A stretch of 64,000 bases of DNA, taken from contig CAYRGW010000002.1 of NCBI GenBank assembly GCA_964423815.1, positions 4,590 to 68,589 of the forward strand, given 5' to 3'. A program made the position numbers and the translations under genes. Numbering within the stretch: the stretch's first letter is position 1; each line of letters starts with the position of its first letter. This document shows positions 35,470-43,967 of this stretch, piece by piece. Under the pieces are notes generated by a model. The model made no database searches. It was not told the origin of the DNA and was given only the letters and a program-made list of their open reading frames with translations. Source of the stretch: an uncultured Solibacteraceae bacterium. GTDB taxonomy: Bacteria; Acidobacteriota; Vicinamibacteria; Vicinamibacterales; SCN-69-37.

Positions 35470-37522
35470 CGGTGTCCGAGCGCCACACTTCCGTCAGTTG
35501 AGGCAGCGACTCGATGCCATAAACGCTTGTGATCGGTGCCAACAGATATCTGACGCCTTCGAACCGCAACATCGGCGCGAGTCGGGCCGGATCGGCGAGG
35601 AGGGCATCCCCCACGTGTTGCAGAGCGTCGTACGACGCCGTCAGGTACCAGTGGAGATCCGCGCCCCCCGAAAGAGGTCGCTGTTGGCCATCGGCCGGCC
35701 ACAGCCGAGCCTCGACCTGCCGAGCCTGTTCTGCAAGGTAGTTCGAGGCGAGCAACTCCCGCGCAACGGTCCGGTCGGCATCTTCCGCCTCCGTGTCCGC
35801 TTCAATGACAGCCATTGATCTCGCCGAAATCGACAAACGTCGTGTCCGTATCAAACGTGGATCGGAGAACGGGGCCAGATTCATCGCGGCCAGATGGGCA
35901 TCACCCACGATGGCGTAAATGGCGTCAAGGTCCGACGCCGGCAGCACGCGGTTCGCAAACAACCGCGGGAGTAACGCGTCGTGGTATTCCGCTTTTGTCC
36001 AGCAGCAGGCGTAGTAGTAGTTGTGCTCCAGCCAGTTGAAGCCCAGGAATCCGTTCGCGCTCCATGCGGCCAGGGCCACGACCCCGACAAACAACGCGTG
36101 GCGAAGCGCGACAAAGGGCCGGGAGATCCGGCTGATGGCGGCGCCGCTCAACACGACCCCGACCACCGCGACCGAGACGAACGTGCGGTGCGTATGGGCC
36201 TGCGCGTACCACGTCAGGTAGCCGAGCGCGACAAATCCGAGCAGCCACAGCGTCGCTCGGCTGCGCCGAAACGCCAGCGGAACCAGCAGCAACAGCACGC
36301 TGAGCCCGTACCCGGTGTTTGGCGGCAGCTTCACACCTTGAATGGGCATCCAGTCGAGCAGGGCCATCTGTATGTACACAGCGACCGCACCGAACCACCC
36401 GTATTCCGTCTGATACCGCAGGGTGGCGAGCAACACCCATTCGTAGTAGTGGCGGTAGTGACCGAACACATCGTTGAACATCGGAAACACCGGGTTGCCG
36501 TAGATCACGTAGTGCATGACATACGGCGGCGCTGCCACAAGCGCCACGCCGCAGCCCACCGCCAGCGTCCGGATGACCAGTGCGCGCGTCCCGCCGCCCT
36601 CGCGTCGGTACCACCACTGATCAATCAACCAGATGAGGGGAATCACCGCCGCGAACCGGAGGCTGTTTGTTCGCGCACAGAGTGCGATTCCCAGTCCAAC
36701 GGCCAGCATGAACGACCGGCGATCCCGCCAGGTGAGCCACAACGCCAGCGCCGTCAGTTCAAACAGGGCCACACCATAGTCCAGCTTGGCGCTGTAGCCG
36801 GTGTAGACGAGTTCGCGGATGCTCAGGACGGCCAGAACCGGCAGGGGGTTCGCCCATCGACTCGTCTTCAGCACGTCAACACTGACCGCCTGGGCGATCA
36901 GGGCAATGCCGACGATGAACAGGAAGTTCATCAGATGCAGGGCACCGACCCCGCCCAACGTGCCGGCAGCCGCATAAACGTGCTGAATGATGCGGTTCAG
37001 ATCCGCCAGCGGGAAATTCTTCAGCAGGAGAATCTCGTTGAACGTCACCCCGGCGCTCAGTGACTGGCTGTAGAGCGCGTAGTGATAAAACGAGTCTCCG
37101 TCGGCGATGGGCGTGATGTTGCCCACCACCAACTTCGCCGCGAACCAGACCACGACCGCCCAACCGACCGTCCAGAGCACACGCTCAACCCACGAGGCCC
37201 TCGTTGTGGCGCCGCGCACACGCAGGGTCCTGGCGTGCCAGACAAAGAGGACGAAGCCGACCAGCACTTCGACGCGATACACGGGCCGCATGTCCACGTT
37301 GCCGGTCATAAAGACCAGATCGGCCACGTAGCCCACCAGCGCGAAACCAAGCGGGAGCGCCAGCACCACCTCGAGCCCGCTCAGGTCCCTGCCTCTGGCA
37401 GCAGCCTTGAACAAGGTCAGGCCGACACCCGTCGCCGACAGAGCAACGACCAGCGCCACCAACAGCGGCCAGAGCGTGTTTGCCCAGATCAACGCAGGAG
37501 ACATGTCCTGCCACGTGGGCAT
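35441..37522 (-). CDS. large polytopic membrane protein, GT-C-like (putative glycosyltransferase/polymerase)
   Basis: 693 aa from ATG 37522, 4 nt after the upstream stop. About 14 TM plus a roughly 170-aa soluble C-terminus. First-loop ADGDSFYHYALY resembles the GT-C acidic motif. Confidence 0.55.
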   Translation of the reverse strand: MPTWQDMSPALIWANTLWPLLVALVVALSATGVGLTLFKAAARGRDLSGLEVVLALPLGFALVGYVADLVFMTGNVDMRPVYRVEVLVGFVLFVWHARTLRVRGATTRASWVERVLWTVGWAVVVWFAAKLVVGNITPIADGDSFYHYALYSQSLSAGVTFNEILLLKNFPLADLNRIIQHVYAAAGTLGGVGALHLMNFLFIVGIALIAQAVSVDVLKTSRWANPLPVLAVLSIRELVYTGYSAKLDYGVALFELTALALWLTWRDRRSFMLAVGLGIALCARTNSLRFAAVIPLIWLIDQWWYRREGGGTRALVIRTLAVGCGVALVAAPPYVMHYVIYGNPVFPMFNDVFGHYRHYYEWVLLATLRYQTEYGWFGAVAVYIQMALLDWMPIQGVKLPPNTGYGLSVLLLLVPLAFRRSRATLWLLGFVALGYLTWYAQAHTHRTFVSVAVVGVVLSGAAISRISRPFVALRHALFVGVVALAAWSANGFLGFNWLEHNYYYACCWTKAEYHDALLPRLFANRVLPASDLDAIYAIVGDAHLAAMNLAPFSDPRLIRTRRLSISARSMAVIEADTEAEDADRTVARELLASNYLAEQARQVEARLWPADGQQRPLSGGADLHWYLTASYDALQHVGDALLADPARLAPMLRFEGVRYLLAPITSVYGIESLPQLTEVWRSDTAILLRVEPR

Positions 37523-37526
37523 GTGT

Positions 37527-38444
37527 TTACACTTTCCTCGCGTAGAGCACCATCTTGGTGCGCGGGTCGATCGAGACGGTGACGTTTCGCAGCGCCGAAC
37601 GCTGTACGGCCCGGGCAAATCCCGAGAGGGACGGGAAACTGGTGCTGAACCTGGCCGCCAGATGGCCCAGCTCAAACGTGTGCCCGATGCTGCGCAACTC
37701 CAGCACCTCGTACCCGGTGGCCTGCAGAATCTTCGTCAAGCCGGGCCGATCAAAAAAGAAAAGATGTTCAAGGATGCGGCGGAAGTCCTCAAGACGTTTG
37801 CCCAGGAGCCGGGAGACAAACGAGGACGAGTCCATGGTGGACACGACCAGGACGCCGCCCGGGACGAGCACGTCACGCGCCTCGGACAAAAATTCGAAAG
37901 GCTCTGTCAGATGTTCGATCGTGTCGAACGACGTGATGACCCCCATCGACGCGGGCTCCAGAACGCTCAGCAGTGATCCGTCGTAGGTGGAAACGGGGAA
38001 CGCGTAACGCTGGGTGGCGTATTGGACGGCATCCTCGTTAAATTCCAGGCCTCGGGGAGCAAAGCCAAAATCAAACGCCGAGTCCAGGAAAAATCCCAAC
38101 CCGCAACCGACATCGCAGAGCGTGCGGGCTGTGACATTTGCACTGCCGAGGTGTTCATCGATACGCGCGAGAATTTTTCGATGGTCGACCTGTCGAATCA
38201 GGCGCTCCGCGATGTAGTCCGCGTACCCATAGACCTTCTGGCTCTTGGGATCCACCAGATCGACGTTCTTGTAGTATTCGCGCGTGTAGATCTTGCGCAA
38301 TTCCTCATGGGTGGCCTTGGGATAGGTCTGCATCAGGCCACACGCGTTGCACCGCCGGATCGCCCGCTCCCCGAAGTCGTAGGCCACCGACGACCCGACA
38401 TGTTTGCACCAACCGCAGATCATTCCGCTCTCGGACGAGGTCAT
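37527..38444 (-). CDS. class I SAM-dependent methyltransferase with an N-terminal Cys4 zinc ribbon
   Basis: 305 aa. CGWCK...CNACG, LCDVGCGLGFFL. Confidence 0.8.
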   Translation of the reverse strand: MTSSESGMICGWCKHVGSSVAYDFGERAIRRCNACGLMQTYPKATHEELRKIYTREYYKNVDLVDPKSQKVYGYADYIAERLIRQVDHRKILARIDEHLGSANVTARTLCDVGCGLGFFLDSAFDFGFAPRGLEFNEDAVQYATQRYAFPVSTYDGSLLSVLEPASMGVITSFDTIEHLTEPFEFLSEARDVLVPGGVLVVSTMDSSSFVSRLLGKRLEDFRRILEHLFFFDRPGLTKILQATGYEVLELRSIGHTFELGHLAARFSTSFPSLSGFARAVQRSALRNVTVSIDPRTKMVLYARKV

Positions 38445-39178
38445 GGCCGCTCCAGCACCGCGACGACGGACTGCCCGAATGGTGGGTGGACCAGGCGTTC
38501 AATCGCGGCAATCACCGGAACACACACGTCAAAAATCCGCGTGCCGGTGGGGGTGAGGGACGTCCGGCCGATGACCCGGTGCAGCAGCCACCAGGCGATC
38601 GCGCCGGGCAGATTCATCGAGCGCAGCACCCGAATCCGCATGCCGGCCATCGTCGCCAGGTGACGCACATCCTCGCGGCTGTAGCGCCGGTGGTGGCCGT
38701 AGAGATGGTCCAGTGGACTGTAGAGGCGGCGATGGGCCGGCACCATGATGAGGATCCGTCCACCCGACGGCAGGGCTTCTGCCAGGCGCGTGATACACGC
38801 GGCATCATCACCCACATGTTCCAGGACGTTGACCATCAGGACGGTATCCACGTCCAGGGACCGGATGTGAGCGAGCACGTCCGGTGTCAGGGCCTCAAGA
38901 TCAAGGCGGAGCACGCTGGACTGCGGCGGGCGACACAAGGCTTCCAGTTCAGGGAGATACCCGTCTTCGACCTCGCTGGCAATCACCCGCGGCCCACTGA
39001 GGGCGAGCAGACGCCGGGTCATGTGGCCCGACCCGGCCCCACACTCCAGAACGGTGCGGCCGATCCAGGGCTGAAGAATTTCGAGAATCCAGTCGTAGTA
39101 CCGCCGAGCCTGACCTAGAACCTTGAGATCACGTTCGACGCTGGCGACGGCATGTTCGGTACGACCGGTCTGGAGCAC
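38441..39178 (-). CDS. class I SAM-dependent methyltransferase
   Basis: 245 aa. VLECGAGSGHMTRRL. 4-nt overlap with the downstream gene. Confidence 0.8.
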   Translation of the reverse strand: MLQTGRTEHAVASVERDLKVLGQARRYYDWILEILQPWIGRTVLECGAGSGHMTRRLLALSGPRVIASEVEDGYLPELEALCRPPQSSVLRLDLEALTPDVLAHIRSLDVDTVLMVNVLEHVGDDAACITRLAEALPSGGRILIMVPAHRRLYSPLDHLYGHHRRYSREDVRHLATMAGMRIRVLRSMNLPGAIAWWLLHRVIGRTSLTPTGTRIFDVCVPVIAAIERLVHPPFGQSVVAVLERP

Positions 39179-39201
39179 TGCGACGGAGATCCTAACATGC
39201 C

Positions 39202-40164
39202 CTACACAGGACGTTTGCGCGCGATGAGCAACATCGCGGAGGTCCGCATCCCCAACAGGCCGCGCAGGCGATCAAACGCCGTGAACGCGATGAGGAACGG
39301 TACACCGGTGAAGGGGTCAAACCACTTCGCCAGGCGGGGAAACCCGCAGCGGTACTTGAGCCAGTGGTGGACGGAATACATCCAGAAGGCGTGCCCGGTC
39401 TGATACGCGCAGGACTGGAGCTCGAGCCCTTCCTCGGCAAGCAGACGCGACAGGGTGTCCCGATGGAAGAGGTGCCAGTGTCGCGGGTAGTGATACCCCC
39501 CCCAAAACGTCCGGTGGAACAGACGCTGGTCGAGCGACCGGATGTTGGGTGTCTCAATCGCCAGGACGCCGCCGGGTTTGAGCCACGACGCCAGCCGGCG
39601 CACCACCCCGCGCGGATCGGAGACGTGTTCGATGACATGGAAGATGGTCACCAGGTCAAGTGCGCCTTCGGGCACGTGTGGACACTCTTCAGCCCGGCAC
39701 GCGCAGGCCTGAAACCCTTCGGACCGCAACCCCGCCACGACGGCGTCGTTGATTTCCTGCCCCCACACCGCCTCTCGCGGCACACCCCGATCGGCCATCA
39801 GCCGCAGATACCGTCCGGTGCCACACCCGACGTCGGCATACGCCTGCACAGGATGTCCGACGGCCGCGACGATCGCCCCGAGTTTGCGCTGATCCATCCA
39901 CGCCTTGCCCCGTTGGGCAATCGGCGAGATCGTGGTTTCGTAGTTGTAGGCGTAATAGGTGGACGGATACACGACGGACAAGGCGGCCACCGCCGGTCTG
40001 GGGTGCAGCCACATGTGTGTGCAGGTCGGACACTCGACCATCTGCCAGTCATTGGCACACGTGTCGAGCTCATAGTCCCGCCCGGTCGCCACCACGCGCC
40101 ACTCGTGCCCGAGGCACACGGCGCACTCGGGGACGTCCTCAGTGGGAACGAAGTTGTGCGCCAT
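39202..40164 (-). CDS. class I SAM-dependent methyltransferase with an N-terminal zinc ribbon
   Basis: CAVCLGH...CPTCTH, ADVGCGTGRYL. Start uncertain: ATG 40164 overlaps the upstream gene by 26 nt. Confidence 0.7.
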   Translation of the reverse strand: MAHNFVPTEDVPECAVCLGHEWRVVATGRDYELDTCANDWQMVECPTCTHMWLHPRPAVAALSVVYPSTYYAYNYETTISPIAQRGKAWMDQRKLGAIVAAVGHPVQAYADVGCGTGRYLRLMADRGVPREAVWGQEINDAVVAGLRSEGFQACACRAEECPHVPEGALDLVTIFHVIEHVSDPRGVVRRLASWLKPGGVLAIETPNIRSLDQRLFHRTFWGGYHYPRHWHLFHRDTLSRLLAEEGLELQSCAYQTGHAFWMYSVHHWLKYRCGFPRLAKWFDPFTGVPFLIAFTAFDRLRGLLGMRTSAMLLIARKRPV

Positions 40165-41122
40165 CACACCCCTCAATCGGCAATCGCCGGAAATACCGCC
40201 AGATGTACGCGGCATACGATCCCCGCCACTCCAGCTCCGGCGCAAAGTGTGAGGCCCTGAGCGCGGCATCGGCCCGTGGCAGGTTGTAGTAGGGAATCGA
40301 TGGCCACAGATGGTGAGCCGCGTGCAGGTTCATGTTGTGCGGCGCCATCACCAGACGTTCAAGCGGTGAGCTCACATAGGTGATCAGCCGATGGTCGTCG
40401 GCCAGCTCATCGGCCTGCGGCTGTGAGTGTTCGCAGAAGGTGCGCCAGTGATCGGCGAGGACGGTGAAGACACCGACCGGCAGCACCCACAACACGGGAT
40501 AGGCCCACCACCCGATCGCCGACGTGAGGCCAACAACGAGTGCGCCCTGCCAACCGACAATGATCGCGAGATCACGAATCGTCGGCCCCTGCCGCAGGCG
40601 ACCGGCGTCGGCCGCCGCAGCCCCGGTCACCACGTTCCGCACGGACCGGCTGAGCCCGCGAATGCCCATCAGGTAACCCAGCAGATGCGCGAATGTGCCC
40701 TTGTCGTTGCAGATGTACTTGTGGCGGTCCGGATCGGACGCCTGCGCCAGATGCTGGTGGTGCGACAGGTGATTGACGTTGTGCAGCCGGGTAATCGCGC
40801 CAATGGGGCCGATCAGAAACAGGTCACAGAACCAGTCGTTGTCTGCCACACGCGCGAACAGCCGCCGATGCAGTCCGTCATGCCCGAGGATGGCGAGCGC
40901 ATAGTAGCGGGTGCCGATGACGGGAATCGCCAGCGCGATGGTCCACCAGGCGGGATACAGGGCGACGCCGGTCCACGCCGCCACGATCGCGATCCAGGCC
41001 AGCGCGGTGTCTCCCACCACTCGCCATGGACGCACCTGACTGAGCTCCTTCAGCAGTGGGCGCGGGAGCGCCTGCTGTCGATAGGGCGCATACGGATCTT
41101 TCACCATGCCTTCACCGCCCAA
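40139..41122 (-). CDS. membrane fatty-acid desaturase/hydroxylase family protein
   Basis: 327 aa. Three His boxes: HDGLHRR, HNVNHLSHH, HAAHHLWP. Confidence 0.8.
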   Translation of the reverse strand: MGGEGMVKDPYAPYRQQALPRPLLKELSQVRPWRVVGDTALAWIAIVAAWTGVALYPAWWTIALAIPVIGTRYYALAILGHDGLHRRLFARVADNDWFCDLFLIGPIGAITRLHNVNHLSHHQHLAQASDPDRHKYICNDKGTFAHLLGYLMGIRGLSRSVRNVVTGAAAADAGRLRQGPTIRDLAIIVGWQGALVVGLTSAIGWWAYPVLWVLPVGVFTVLADHWRTFCEHSQPQADELADDHRLITYVSSPLERLVMAPHNMNLHAAHHLWPSIPYYNLPRADAALRASHFAPELEWRGSYAAYIWRYFRRLPIEGCDGAQLRSH

Positions 41123-41861
41123 TCAGCCGGTAGTACCACCGCCCGTACAACTCGCGTAAGGCCACATGTGTCTGACCGAGGCCGCCGGGGCTCGGCACAA
41201 AGTCCAGCACACTCACGCCGCGGTCACTGGATCGGAAGTCCACCGGATACGGGATGACGCGGAAGCCCACACGTTCAAACTGCTCCACAGATCGCACCAT
41301 ATGAAACGCGGACGTGACCAGCAGAATTGATCGCGGTTCGGCGCCGGCAGCCGGGATGAGGGCGGCGGCGGCGCGGGCCTCGTCCGCCGTGTTTGAGACA
41401 CGACCGGTGACAAGAATGCGATCGGCGGGGACGCCGGCCTCACGCGCAAACCGTGCGAGCACGTCGCCCTCCAGCGGCGCATCGGGTTCCCACGGCAACC
41501 ATGCCCCGGTGAAGACCAGGACCGGCGCACGTCCTGCCCGCCACAATTCCAGTCCGCCAAAATACCGATCCGCATCCGTCCACTCACTGACGCCCGCAGG
41601 CCCGGGCGCGGTCGTCCGTCCCGTGCTCAAGACGACCACGGCATCGGCAACGGGCATCACGTCGGGCTGCAACCGGACCTCAGCGCCCTCGATTCGTCGC
41701 ACGAGGAGGTTGCCGACGACAGGCAGACTCGCCGTCAACAAGATCACCAGGGAAGCAGCGACGGGCCAGCGACGCCCGCGGAACAGCCCGAATGCCAGCA
41801 GCAGGAGCGCGGCCCCGAGCGGCATGACAAACAGGGGCAGGATCTGGGCGAGGTAACTCAC
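41112..41861 (-). CDS. YdcF/ElyC-family (DUF218) protein
   Basis: 249 aa. N-terminal TM helices, DAVVVLS.G, NTADEA, LLVTSAFHM.R. Confidence 0.75.
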   Translation of the reverse strand: MSYLAQILPLFVMPLGAALLLLAFGLFRGRRWPVAASLVILLTASLPVVGNLLVRRIEGAEVRLQPDVMPVADAVVVLSTGRTTAPGPAGVSEWTDADRYFGGLELWRAGRAPVLVFTGAWLPWEPDAPLEGDVLARFAREAGVPADRILVTGRVSNTADEARAAAALIPAAGAEPRSILLVTSAFHMVRSVEQFERVGFRVIPYPVDFRSSDRGVSVLDFVPSPGGLGQTHVALRELYGRWYYRLIGR

Positions 41862-41887
41862 GCGGGGCTAGTGTAACCTTTAGGCCT

Positions 41888-42421
41888 ATGGAGTTTCGTG
41901 AGACTGCGCTGCCCGGCGTCCTGATTGTGGACTCCGATGTGTTCGAGGATGACCGCGGGTCGTTCACACGCGCGTGGCGGCCGGATGAATTCCGCGCGCG
42001 GGGCCTTGAGACACACATCGAGCAGTGCATGATGGCCTACAACCGTCGCCGTGGCACCGTGCGGGGCATGCATTTTCAGGCGCCCCCGTTTGATGAAGTC
42101 AAACTGGTGCGGGCGACGCGCGGGGTCGTGTATGACGTCATCCTGGACCTGCGCCCGGACTCCCCGGCCTTCAAGCAGTGGATCGCCGTTGAGCTCAGCG
42201 CGGACAATCACCGAATCGTGTACATCCCCAAAGGTCTGGCGCACGGGTACCAGACACTCAGCGACGATGCCGAGCTGATGTATTTTGTGTCGGCCGACTA
42301 TTCGCCCGCCCACCAGCGCGGCGTCCGGTACAGCGACCCGGCATTCGGGATCACGTGGCCGCTTGGCGCGCCCAGTGCGATCAATGAGCGGGATGCGACG
42401 TACCCGGATTTCACCGGCTGA
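41888..42421 (+). CDS. dTDP-4-dehydrorhamnose 3,5-epimerase family cupin (RmlC-like), copy 2
   Basis: 177 aa. DDRGSF, RGMHFQ, VYDVILDLRPDS, GLAHGYQTL. About half of the residues are identical to copy 1 by eye. Confidence 0.8.
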   Translation: MEFRETALPGVLIVDSDVFEDDRGSFTRAWRPDEFRARGLETHIEQCMMAYNRRRGTVRGMHFQAPPFDEVKLVRATRGVVYDVILDLRPDSPAFKQWIAVELSADNHRIVYIPKGLAHGYQTLSDDAELMYFVSADYSPAHQRGVRYSDPAFGITWPLGAPSAINERDATYPDFTG

Positions 42422-42424
42422 CGA

Positions 42425-43927
42425 TTACCGGGCCGCGAATCTGGCCCGCAGCAGCACAAAACCGGCCATCAACACGAGCGTCGTGATCAGGACCGAAACC
42501 ACCAGAATCAGGTAGGCCCGCGACGTGAATTCGCGCACGGTCGCGATACGCGGCGGTTTCTCCGCCTGATACAGGCTCGACGCCGCCCGCAGGGTGACGC
42601 GGGAAATTTCGTCGAATAACGCGTTGAACTTCGTCGCGACGGCAATGCTCTGCTGGGTCAGGTCCTTGAGGCGCGCGTCAAACGCGGCCTCCGGCATAAA
42701 CGCCGAAGACATGGAGCGCATGCCCTGCTGGAGCGACTCAAAATACGTGACGCGGACCCGCCCTTCCTCGGCCTCGAGATTGGCGAGCAATAATGCATCG
42801 GTCAGCTTCTGGCGGTACAACACATGTGGTGCACCCAACGCGAGAATCCGATCAACAAATGCCCGATCGATCTGTGTGCTCACCGCCGAGCCCGAGGACT
42901 CCGACGCGCGCTCCGGCGACACAGACGCCGAGGCAGCCGTCGCGGCAGTGGTGTACTCCTGCAGCGCGCTCCGGCTGTAGCTCACACGATTTTCCGCCGC
43001 GCTGGCATCCACCCGCGCCGACGACAACATGGACTCAACCCACGCCCGCCCCGCCGCGCCATCCATCTGCCCTGCCGCCAGAACGATGGGGACCAACTGG
43101 GCGTTGATCAGGCTGTCGAGTTCGGTCTCGACCTGCTGCAGCGTCGTCCCATCCGCGGTCCGCACCTGGACCGCACCCACCCGGGCTTTGACCTGCGCGA
43201 CACTGACGGCGAGTCGCCGCAGTCTCGCACGGAGCATCTCCGCCCGGACAACCCGCATGCCCGTGTCCACGGGAATGTCGAGCACCGAGGGCACAAAACG
43301 ATCCATCGGGAGCTGCAGCACACCGCGGGCGTTTTCACTTTCCTCCGCCCAGAGCAGCAGGGTGTCGGCCAGGGACTTGCGCATCAATACGTCGGGAAGA
43401 GCTTCACACTCCGAGGGCCGCACAAACACGACCTGAAACATCGCGGGCAGGGCTTCACGCCGGGTCTCGTACTCCGCCGCCAGATTCTGGCGGTCAACCA
43501 CCGTCAGGCGCGGGTCGGCCAGTCGGCCCTGGAATTCGGCGTCCAGGAACGCCGCTTCCACCGACCGGCGTTCAACAAAAAACCCCGCCTTGAACGGTTC
43601 AATCGGGCAGATCTCGGTGAGTTGGTTCCGCGCGTGCACCTGATCAAGGACCGAGGCGGCAATGACGTCAACCGCTGAAAATGTGAGGCCGTTCGGGTAC
43701 AACCCCTTGTCGGCGCCGTCAAACGTCGGCCGGAACTCCAGCGATGCGGTCGTGCGCGTGGGCTGATAGACCACGTAATACAGACCCGCACCCAACGCCA
43801 CAGCCAGGGTCATCGCCACCGTCACACCCAGAATCAACCGGCTCGAGGCTCTGAGTTGTGCAATCAACAAGTCGACACGAATCGAGTCGTCCTGGTCGTT
43901 CGGGTTCCGATCACTCACGCTGCCCAC
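42425..43927 (-). CDS. polysaccharide co-polymerase (Wzz-like chain-length determinant topology)
   Basis: 500 aa. N-terminal TM (LILGVTVAMTLAVALGAGLYYVV), a large central region and a C-terminal TM (YLILVVSVLITTLVLMAGFVLL). No kinase domain. Confidence 0.6.
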   Translation of the reverse strand: MGSVSDRNPNDQDDSIRVDLLIAQLRASSRLILGVTVAMTLAVALGAGLYYVVYQPTRTTASLEFRPTFDGADKGLYPNGLTFSAVDVIAASVLDQVHARNQLTEICPIEPFKAGFFVERRSVEAAFLDAEFQGRLADPRLTVVDRQNLAAEYETRREALPAMFQVVFVRPSECEALPDVLMRKSLADTLLLWAEESENARGVLQLPMDRFVPSVLDIPVDTGMRVVRAEMLRARLRRLAVSVAQVKARVGAVQVRTADGTTLQQVETELDSLINAQLVPIVLAAGQMDGAAGRAWVESMLSSARVDASAAENRVSYSRSALQEYTTAATAASASVSPERASESSGSAVSTQIDRAFVDRILALGAPHVLYRQKLTDALLLANLEAEEGRVRVTYFESLQQGMRSMSSAFMPEAAFDARLKDLTQQSIAVATKFNALFDEISRVTLRAASSLYQAEKPPRIATVREFTSRAYLILVVSVLITTLVLMAGFVLLRARFAAR

Positions 43928-43967
43928 CTCTTCGTAACAAATTCAAGCTCAGTATAAACCGCGGTGG

